64,000 nt of DNA from NCBI GenBank assembly GCA_043827085.1, contig JBDRPO010000016.1, positions 42,752 to 106,751 on the forward strand, given 5' to 3'. Below, piece by piece: positions 47,806 through 55,584 of this stretch. Position numbers and translations under genes: made by a program. The notes under the pieces are model-generated. The model did no database searches. It had not been told where the DNA came from and worked only from the letters and a program-made list of their open reading frames with translations. This stretch comes from a bacterium. Lineage in GTDB: Bacteria; Patescibacteriota; Microgenomatia; UBA1400; UBA12108. The first letter of the stretch is position 1. Each line of letters starts with the position of its first letter.

Positions 47806-47823
47806 TAAAATATCTCCAGTATT

Positions 47824-47896
47824 TGCCGGGTCGCTAATGGTAAGCAGCGTGACTCTGAATCACGTAATCTAGGTCCGAATCCTAGCCCGGCAACCA
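47824..47896 (+). tRNA. tRNA-Gln (anticodon CTG)
   Basis: Acceptor TGCCGGG/CCCGGCA, anticodon arm CGTGA-CTCTGAA-TCACG, T arm CTAGG/CCTAG, encoded CCA. Confidence 0.95.
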
Positions 47897-48026
47897 ACTA
47901 GTGCAACCCGAGAGGCCGTGACGCCTCAAACAGACTAATGAGTCCTACTAATTTGTCGAAATCTCCTCAAACTCCTGCAACCGCGAAAATCATCGGAAAC
48001 TTGAGGAAATGCGATATACTCATATC

Positions 48027-48294
48027 ATGTTTAACCAGAGTGTGTACTTTGAGGAAGCTAACGCCAAGAGGATATTTTGCTGCCTTGCCGAACCGGATAG
48101 CACCATCAAAAAGATTGTTATTATGTCGCACGGCTTTCGCGGATCCTCTATTGGTCCCGCCAGGCAGTTTGTTGATTTCGAGCAGGTACTCACCAAAAAT
48201 GGGTACTCGGTCCTCCGCTTTGACCAACCAAACTGTGGCAATTCTGAGGGTGACTTTCTCCAGTCTTCATTCAATGAATGGGTAGCCACCATTT
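48027..48294 (+). pseudogene. N-terminal fragment of an alpha/beta hydrolase
   Basis: VIMSHGF.G, GYSVLRFD...G.SEGDF; ends before the G-x-S-x-G nucleophile. Confidence 0.75.
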
Positions 48295-48475
48295 CCCACC
48301 GAAGTGGCTGGAGATCCCGCAGGATGAGCAGGCATTTATGAAATTTATGAAAGAGGTTGATACTCTTATTGCCGGTCCTATCCCGCTGGAGGGTGAAGCC
48401 TGCCAGTTCTGTAAATACCGGCATGTGAACGAACAGTATCAAGAGTCATCCGGCGAGAATAACTTGCCGTTTTAG
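48293..48475 (+). pseudogene. C-terminal fragment of a PD-(D/E)XK (Cas4/RecB-like) nuclease family protein
   Basis: P....ACQFCKY motif and LPF C-terminus; no N-terminal part. Confidence 0.5.
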
Positions 48476-48488
48476 AGGAACTTGACGG

Positions 48489-49046
48489 TCAAAGCTGGTT
48501 TGCCAGGTATTTTACCAAAACTTCAATCTTTCCATTATCATCAATCGAGAGCTTCATCACACTGCCAACTCGCTTTCTTGTTGAGTATGCTGCCCCTGGG
48601 TTAAGTATTAGCAAATTACCATACTTTTTAATAACGACTTCGTGAAAGTGTCCAAATACGCATACGTTTACTTTATTATGCAACTGATCTTTTAGCCTAG
48701 TTAGCTGCATATGTAAAGCTATGCTTTTTAGCTTGAATGCCTTGCTGATTAAATACTCAGCATATTGAATAGCTTTACGGCTTGTTTTATGCACCAGCAT
48801 AATCTTCAAGGGCCCAATCGTGAGATGCTCTACATCTCGTAAATTGTACTTCTCCCTATCGGACTGTTTGTTCCCCATAACCGCAACAACAGGAGCAATA
48901 TTCTCTAACTTTTTAAACTCTGACTTATCGCCGATGTCCCCAGCATGCAAAATCATCGAAACGTCGGAAAAGAAATTAATTATGTCGGGAGCTAACTTAT
49001 TACACTTGGTAAAATGAGTATCTGCAATTACCCCAATTATTTTCAT
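48489..49046 (-). CDS. Calcineurin-like metallophosphoesterase (YfcE-like)
   Basis: DTH, HAGD, GN, H, GHFH and NPG motifs. Confidence 0.9.
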   Translation of the reverse strand: MKIIGVIADTHFTKCNKLAPDIINFFSDVSMILHAGDIGDKSEFKKLENIAPVVAVMGNKQSDREKYNLRDVEHLTIGPLKIMLVHKTSRKAIQYAEYLISKAFKLKSIALHMQLTRLKDQLHNKVNVCVFGHFHEVVIKKYGNLLILNPGAAYSTRKRVGSVMKLSIDDNGKIEVLVKYLANQL

Positions 49047-50842
49047 TTAAGGTTGCTCGCGTTGCTCTCTAATTTATTCGCAATCTCAATCAACAAGTCG
49101 AAATCCTCAACTTTTCGAAATCTTGAGTCAACAACATTAAGACCGTTATAAGCTCCAATCAAAGCTCCAGTTATCCCTGCAATACCGTCAGTATTGCCAC
49201 CCCGAGCTTCAATTAGCTGTTTATCCCAAGATAAACCGGTCAATCTTTTCTTTTCTTCGACGGTATCCTGACGATAAGAATTGGCCGATAGTAGTATTGG
49301 TTTTGCGAATATACTCGGGTATGATAAAAAGTAAAATAATGCCAATGGCACTGTCTGCCAAACAGGGGAACCAGTACCATAAGTTACGGTAGCTCTCTTT
49401 ACATCGGTATCTCCTCTAATCGCCTGCTGAATATTTTTAACTAATATATTGACTCTTTTATTATCACTTCCATATTTAGTAATAATAAACTCTAAACTTT
49501 TTTGAGCCGAGGACTGTGGATTTTCGTTATTTTGTAAATAATGTATAAGTATGGCTATAAATACGTTCGCAGCTTTAGAAACTGAGGAATTATGTGTTAA
49601 GGACGCTTCCATCTCTGAATATTGCGCAATATCATTTATATCGTTGAAAAATAGTCCTATTGGAATAACTCGATATATCGATGAACAGGATTCTGTATTT
49701 GTAGATCCAGACTTATCAATTGCTACCCCCATACGTAATTTGTTGGCTGCAGATAGCGAAGTTGGTCCAGGCCATCTAGCATATTCTTTATCTTGACAAT
49801 CTTTGGCCCACTTTATAAGTGTATCCACTCTTGAGTCAACATTATACCCACCATCTTTAATAAGGTCTTTGGTTACATCAGTGAGCATCCTAGTGTTGTC
49901 TGTATAATACCCCGCGTTCAAGTGGCTAAAATATGGATGCTTAGCATTCGTTTGAAAGCCTTCGATACGACCCCTATTCATTGCAATAAATTCTTTACCC
50001 TCAATACCGGCAGCTGGGAATCCAAGTGAGTCTCCCACAGCAAATCCTACTAATGCCCCTCCAATTTTGTTTAATGGATCGTTATTGTGATACGACCTCT
50101 CCATTCTCTGCTCTAAGTGGAATAATAATGAAGCATCGCTGGTATATGCCCTCCCTACAAATAATTTTGACAACCACGGATACACACAAAACAATTTAAT
50201 TTCAGATTTAACATCGGCCTTTACCTGTAAATAGCAATCCATTAGAAATAAGGCAAAGGTAGCCTGGAGGCCTGTATCCACAAAGCAAATATTATCTTCC
50301 ATTCCAACTATTGCCCGTAATTCTCTAGTCATGGAAGTATGTAAGGCTCTAAGGTCACTATTAGACTCTAATATCATGCCAAGCTCTGTGGAGTAAGCCT
50401 GTATAAAGTCTTTCCAATTCTTAGCTTGTAGAGCTGCACTATTTACAACACTAAATAGCTTCAAATAATTCTCTTGAGATCCCAAATTTTTTCTAGACAA
50501 TGACATTTTTAGTACTCTCGTACTATCATTTCCGGGGTAGAAAACCTTTGCATCATTCAACAAAAACACATGCTTCTTCCCATCATTTAACAAGTCGTTT
50601 TTGAACTTTGTTATATGTTGATTTAGATTTTTTGCTTTTAGGGCAGATTGTCTTGGAATCTTTAGATTTAGTAACGTCTCTAATTTCTTTACGAATTTAG
50701 TCGGGTACTTATATGTCCATACGCTAAGAGCATCCTCGACTTTGGTAACATCAGTATCTACTTTGGCAATGCAAGCCCTAATCAGAGCCAGCATGTCTTG
50801 TGAATAAGTCAATAGTGTTTCAGTGTTTGGAGTTTTGTCCAT
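49043..50842 (-). CDS. Fusion of an uncharacterised (PRTase-like?) N-terminal domain and an ADP-ribosylglycohydrolase domain
   Basis: C-half: GALVGFAVGDSLG, YTDNT, LTH, GGNTD.IAGITGALIGA..G; N-half: VFLLND...SR...ICFVDTG..AT. Confidence 0.8.
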   Translation of the reverse strand: MDKTPNTETLLTYSQDMLALIRACIAKVDTDVTKVEDALSVWTYKYPTKFVKKLETLLNLKIPRQSALKAKNLNQHITKFKNDLLNDGKKHVFLLNDAKVFYPGNDSTRVLKMSLSRKNLGSQENYLKLFSVVNSAALQAKNWKDFIQAYSTELGMILESNSDLRALHTSMTRELRAIVGMEDNICFVDTGLQATFALFLMDCYLQVKADVKSEIKLFCVYPWLSKLFVGRAYTSDASLLFHLEQRMERSYHNNDPLNKIGGALVGFAVGDSLGFPAAGIEGKEFIAMNRGRIEGFQTNAKHPYFSHLNAGYYTDNTRMLTDVTKDLIKDGGYNVDSRVDTLIKWAKDCQDKEYARWPGPTSLSAANKLRMGVAIDKSGSTNTESCSSIYRVIPIGLFFNDINDIAQYSEMEASLTHNSSVSKAANVFIAILIHYLQNNENPQSSAQKSLEFIITKYGSDNKRVNILVKNIQQAIRGDTDVKRATVTYGTGSPVWQTVPLALFYFLSYPSIFAKPILLSANSYRQDTVEEKKRLTGLSWDKQLIEARGGNTDGIAGITGALIGAYNGLNVVDSRFRKVEDFDLLIEIANKLESNASNLK

Positions 50843-50845
50843 AAA

Positions 50846-52147
50846 TTACCTGTACGGAGGATCGGGATATTCTTCGACAGTTAAATGACCTGTGGTGGAA
50901 TCCCCGTCGCTAAAAATATAATATGAACTAGGAGGAAAGTAGCTATCGGGGTTTACCCCCAACTCTTCCATTACTTCTTTAAATATTCTCTTTACTATTC
51001 GTTGCAATACGTTTACCTGTGTAGGGTATAAACTTGCAAGAGCAATAATAATCTCTTCAAGCGAATGATATCCAATCCTATGGTCATAAAATGTACTGTA
51101 CTCTATCGGGATTGTATTTTGTGGGACACGGCCCCCCGCAATCTTAGATTCTTTTGGGTTATCTGCTGGTAGACCAATCTTCTTACGATACTCGGGATTA
51201 ACAGAAGCTGCCTGCAAATCTCGATATATAAATCTCGTAATTTGCCAGTCACTATCAAGTTCTATTAATGTATTTTGCGTGTGTGCTTCGAGTAAGATGC
51301 CGTATTTGAATGCAATAAACAACACGTTACTTATCATTGGTCTAGCGACTTTTTCTTCAAAAAATTTCTCCGGGGATAACCCAGAAAAATTAACCAACTG
51401 CTTAATAATTAGTGTATGTCCTGGGTTTCTAAAGTCTGGAGAATATAAACTAAACACAGGCATGAGATATTTACCCGATTGGTTGGTTGGGCTAGGATTT
51501 ACTAAGCGAAAAATGTTGCCGAAACTACTATCTAAGCAAGATGTTCCTAACGACATGGGTTCAGGCAAGTACCCGAATGTAGCCGGTAGATTATCAGTCT
51601 TCGAGATTTTTATAAATTCACCACTCATATAATGGCTTTGAATTGCAGACACTTCTGTCAATGCCCTGGGCAACCTGCCCAATTTTTTCCCTGATAAGTC
51701 CACCTTTATCATGTATGGCTTACCATCCAGAGACGTAATTAATGTTCTAGTAGATGATGTAGGACATGCTTTCACGTAGCCAGAGATTCTTTCTTTCGCA
51801 AATTCTCCAATTCCTCTCTCCGTGTACACGTCTACCATATCCGGATGTATGAAGAAGTGTACCTGCTTATTATCAAGTATTATGTTATTAAGTTCTGGTA
51901 CATCCTGAGTTTGATATAAATTCACAGCCTTTTTTGGAAGCGAAACATAGGGCAAATCAAACTCATCGTCTCCATCGAGAGGACGAAACTGTCTCGATAC
52001 TTCCGACCTATGTCTGTATGAATGGTAAGCTCCCTTATTAACATATCTTTCTGTATAAATCAAAAGCGACAATGGATCGTCAAAAGAAGTAATCCACTCT
52101 TCATTATGGCTCGGAGTATTGGGAGTTAGTATTGATTTGTTGCTCAT
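50846..52147 (-). CDS. Compact IucA/IucC (NIS synthetase)-like protein
   Basis: FIHP, PTSSTRTL, MIK, GILLEAHTQNTL, IYRDL. Confidence 0.75.
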   Translation of the reverse strand: MSNKSILTPNTPSHNEEWITSFDDPLSLLIYTERYVNKGAYHSYRHRSEVSRQFRPLDGDDEFDLPYVSLPKKAVNLYQTQDVPELNNIILDNKQVHFFIHPDMVDVYTERGIGEFAKERISGYVKACPTSSTRTLITSLDGKPYMIKVDLSGKKLGRLPRALTEVSAIQSHYMSGEFIKISKTDNLPATFGYLPEPMSLGTSCLDSSFGNIFRLVNPSPTNQSGKYLMPVFSLYSPDFRNPGHTLIIKQLVNFSGLSPEKFFEEKVARPMISNVLFIAFKYGILLEAHTQNTLIELDSDWQITRFIYRDLQAASVNPEYRKKIGLPADNPKESKIAGGRVPQNTIPIEYSTFYDHRIGYHSLEEIIIALASLYPTQVNVLQRIVKRIFKEVMEELGVNPDSYFPPSSYYIFSDGDSTTGHLTVEEYPDPPYR

Positions 52148-52150
52148 AAA

Positions 52151-53683
52151 TTAGTCATGGTTTTCTAGATTCTCCACTAACCAGTCGAACTTACGCCTAG
52201 TTGTGTCTGTGGCTCTGACAAGCGGTAGTTCTTTAAGCTTACCACTTAACTCACCCATTTCGTCTAGAATCGCAGTCCGATCACCCGGCTCAGAATTAGG
52301 ATTTATTCCTTTGTACTCAAGCTCTGCTTGAGAAAGAGTTTTATGTTCGCCCGTTTGACAGAAATCAGCCGAAAGATTGTAATACCTCCCTGATTGTCTA
52401 TTGTGTAAGAACAGATAGAACTTTTTTCGCCTGGTTGTACCTACATACTCCACAGGTTTTCCTAGTCGACTTTCTTGGATAGACTTAATCACCCCCAAAT
52501 CTCGAGAATCGTATGTTCGATTCACCTTAATCATTTCTTCAGGCCTACTCATAACTTGATCTTGACCGTTAGCACTAGTAGGGAGCATCTCCTTTTTCCC
52601 TTTAATCTTTATAAAGTATTTGGGTTTACGGGGATGTCTCACGATCACAAAAGCTTCTTCAAGGGTAGATCCAGCATCACGATATCCGTAGTTGTCAAAG
52701 TAATATGTCCAAAATGATACACTCTCCATACCAGGTACAAGCTCAACATCGCCAAACAATCCAGATTTACAATAAGAGGCGACAATTTCAAGAAAAGTAG
52801 ATGGATCTTGAGGGGTTAACTCAAACTTCTTTTCTAATTCTTCTCCCTCCAGTTCATCAGTCATTTCCCACCCCAATAGTGAATGGAGCGGTTCACTTTG
52901 ATCTTCAGAATGGTTGAGTTCCGCAGAAGTTTGTTTTGGCAGTAGCTTAACTGTTTCCCGGTATTGGGCTTCGACTTTGCCTTGCAATGTTCCGATTGGG
53001 ATTGCTCCTTCTTTCGTTAATTTTTCGATAATAGGTACCGTAAGTTGGTCTGTTTCGGGAGAGTACTTTACCTCACCTTTCATCATCCCCTCTGTTCCCA
53101 TAACCAATGCGCTATTAGGTTTGCCAGCAATAAAAGCGTAATAGTGTATGTTCTTGTCTAGCGTCAATCGTAACTGCAGATCACTTTCAATTGGATGAAA
53201 ATGGGATCGTTCATATACAATGCCCAATAATGGCTCCAGCGCTTCAAAATCAAACTCGGTAAACAACATTTTCAGCAACGCTGGATCAAACTCGGACTCT
53301 GTAGACGTTTGCAGATAATTTAGAAACCCCAGAGGGTTATTTAATATTCGCAACACTGTCTCATAAGTTGTGGTTAGTCGGTCCTTAGTCACTCTATCTT
53401 GTTGGTGACCTTTAATTTCCATATGTACAACGTCTTGATCTGCAATAGTGATTGCGCCTGGATTCAAATTCGACAAATATCTCCTTGTCCTCACCAAACC
53501 ACCTTGATTCAAGCTGACACCGTTACCAAAATAAATGTTTTCGGTAACTGGGAAGCATCCGCCATCCAGTAACAATGTTTGTTGCGTTAACTCTGGTAAA
53601 ACATCACCAATTCTTTCTCCGACCTCGTTTGGAATCAAAAATCTGATCTCTCTTCTACTGTTAAAAATGGTGTCTTCTTTCAC
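52151..53683 (-). CDS. Tandem triphosphate tunnel metalloenzyme (VTC-like plus CYTH-like domains)
   Basis: N: RREIRF, IYF, RTRRY, EIK, YER..F, RLTLD, EVK; C: ELEKK, IKIK, ELEY, RK. Confidence 0.75.
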   Translation of the reverse strand: MKEDTIFNSRREIRFLIPNEVGERIGDVLPELTQQTLLLDGGCFPVTENIYFGNGVSLNQGGLVRTRRYLSNLNPGAITIADQDVVHMEIKGHQQDRVTKDRLTTTYETVLRILNNPLGFLNYLQTSTESEFDPALLKMLFTEFDFEALEPLLGIVYERSHFHPIESDLQLRLTLDKNIHYYAFIAGKPNSALVMGTEGMMKGEVKYSPETDQLTVPIIEKLTKEGAIPIGTLQGKVEAQYRETVKLLPKQTSAELNHSEDQSEPLHSLLGWEMTDELEGEELEKKFELTPQDPSTFLEIVASYCKSGLFGDVELVPGMESVSFWTYYFDNYGYRDAGSTLEEAFVIVRHPRKPKYFIKIKGKKEMLPTSANGQDQVMSRPEEMIKVNRTYDSRDLGVIKSIQESRLGKPVEYVGTTRRKKFYLFLHNRQSGRYYNLSADFCQTGEHKTLSQAELEYKGINPNSEPGDRTAILDEMGELSGKLKELPLVRATDTTRRKFDWLVENLENHD

Positions 53684-53961
53684 AATGATATATTGTAACC
53701 TATAGTCATCGCAAATACAACATCCACTATATCAAAGTATATCACCGCAAGTAAGCTATGTACCGTCCCATTTGTCTCAAATAGCCTGGAGAGTGAGACA
53801 CTACTAGTTGAGCTATAAGGATTGAAAGGTTCCAGACCTAGCTCCACAACATGCAAAATAAGACGGAATTATCCATCTTAATAAGTTCCTCACTTAAAAC
53901 CCAGAGCGTAAAGTCGTGGGAGTGTTATAAGTTAATGAGATTTTAAACTGGTTCTCCAAAT

Positions 53962-54147
53962 CTACCTCATCGCTTTGATGTGCATCACGATTCCGGCTAT
54001 GACAAACACCGCTCCCCATCGCACCGGGTGCGCTCCGGCGAGAGGGTAGGTGAGAAGAAATCCCGCGCCTATCCCCAGAAGCAAATGTGCGGTCGCGTTC
54101 TCTCCCGGGTGCTTGGCAAAGTACTTCACAGCTTTCTTACTTATCAT
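53962..54147 (-). CDS. Small two-TM membrane protein
   Basis: 61 aa, GGAGG RBS, two hydrophobic segments. Confidence 0.7.
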   Translation of the reverse strand: MISKKAVKYFAKHPGENATAHLLLGIGAGFLLTYPLAGAHPVRWGAVFVIAGIVMHIKAMR

Positions 54148-54216
54148 TCTTACCTCCTTTGTACCTCTATCCAATCATATCGGATGCGATATATCAACCA
54201 ATGCTAAAATATTCTC

Positions 54217-54669
54217 ATGGTTAAAGGTATCGACTACATTGGTGTTTCAGCCGGAGCCATGATAATCAACGATCAAGGACAGATCTTTCTCGCCCAGCGC
54301 GGGCAAAAAGCCAATAATGAACGAGGCTGCTGGGAGAATCCCGGTGGCAGTGTAGAGTTTGGGGAAAAACTGGCAGACGCCGTCAAGCGTGAAATCATGG
54401 AAGAATATGGAGCCGAGATCGAAATCATCAAACAATTCCCCGCTGAAGATCATTTGATTCCGGCCGAGCATCAGCATTGGGTTGCAACCACTTTCCTCGC
54501 GAAATTCAAGAAGGGGAGTGAGCCCAAAATAATGGAGCCAGACAAATGCTCGGCCATCGGCTGGTTTGATTTGAGCGCGCTACCCTCTCCACTCTCCATC
54601 ATTACCGAGCTAGATATTAAGCATCATGGCAAAGATGTATCAAACTTAGTTACCGATTTCCCAGTATAA
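54217..54669 (+). CDS. NUDIX hydrolase
   Basis: Nudix box GGSVEFGEKLADAVKREIMEEYG. Confidence 0.93.
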   Translation: MVKGIDYIGVSAGAMIINDQGQIFLAQRGQKANNERGCWENPGGSVEFGEKLADAVKREIMEEYGAEIEIIKQFPAEDHLIPAEHQHWVATTFLAKFKKGSEPKIMEPDKCSAIGWFDLSALPSPLSIITELDIKHHGKDVSNLVTDFPV

Positions 54670-54676
54670 TCGAGCC

Positions 54677-55528
54677 ATGTCTTGGCAACTATTTACCGCC
54701 ATCGGCGTATTGCTATATTCCGTAAACGGTCTTCTCCATCGTGTTCTCATGAAAGATCAGCATTCGGATCCGTATGCCCAAACAATCATGTTTGCGGGAC
54801 TAGTGGGGATATTTGGTTGGTTTATCCTCTGCTTCCGCGACATCTCTCTCCCGCCACTTACTCCGAATAATATTATTCTTCTCACCACCATTTCTATCCT
54901 GTCAGCTATCGGTGGAGTCTTTGCCTTTAAAGGTTTCAAGTATATTGAGGCCTCAGAGCACACCATCCTCCTCACTTCTTCCAAACTCTGGTCATTGCTC
55001 GGCGCCGTACTAATTTTAGGAGAAACCTTAACTTTCAAAAAATTACTCGGAGGACTTATTATCATTTCTGGGGTTTTGATTGCCGAGTGGCGCAAACACA
55101 AATTTGTCTTCAACACAGGTGCACTTTATGTACTCATCGCTGCCGCAAGTTACGCGCTTGGGGAAATACTCTCCTTTTTTGTCCTGCGTGACTTTGATAG
55201 TACTTCCTTTCTTGTCTTGAATTGTCTGATCATGGTAGTACTCATGCTCATAGCTAAGCCCAAGATAATCCCCAAATTTGCTTTTTATTCTAAACCAAAA
55301 AACTTAATTAACATTTTAATTGTCTCTTTCAACGACACTTTCGCCACACTCGCTGTCTTTTTCGCCTATCAGCTCGGTCGCAACGCCCTCCAAATTGGCC
55401 CTCTTATGGCCACTCAAACCATCGTCACCGTAATTCTCGCCCACATTTTCCTTCGCGAACGCGACAATCTTTTGCAAAAGTTTATTGGCGCCTCACTTGC
55501 CGTTATAGGGGCGATCATCGTGTTATGA
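54677..55528 (+). CDS. EamA/DMT family transporter
   Basis: About 10 TM segments; ILGE and IFLRE motifs; paralogue-like to 34324. Confidence 0.88.
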   Translation: MSWQLFTAIGVLLYSVNGLLHRVLMKDQHSDPYAQTIMFAGLVGIFGWFILCFRDISLPPLTPNNIILLTTISILSAIGGVFAFKGFKYIEASEHTILLTSSKLWSLLGAVLILGETLTFKKLLGGLIIISGVLIAEWRKHKFVFNTGALYVLIAAASYALGEILSFFVLRDFDSTSFLVLNCLIMVVLMLIAKPKIIPKFAFYSKPKNLINILIVSFNDTFATLAVFFAYQLGRNALQIGPLMATQTIVTVILAHIFLRERDNLLQKFIGASLAVIGAIIVL

Positions 55529-55584
55529 ATTTTATAGTCTCTATATTTGACTTACCTATAATAACTGGTATATCCTGATCTCAT

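Noticed and set aside
48293-48475. Cas4 indicating a CRISPR-Cas locus
   Set aside because: Only a short CxxC-bearing tail shared by many PD-(D/E)XK proteins; no array or other cas genes
50846-52147. Conventional siderophore biosynthesis cluster
   Set aside because: No precursor-tailoring enzymes or siderophore transport genes nearby, and the protein is much shorter than canonical NIS synthetases
47897-53960. Active prophage, integron or ICE
   Set aside because: No integrase, transposase, phage or conjugation genes and no convincing attC sites; at most a decayed island
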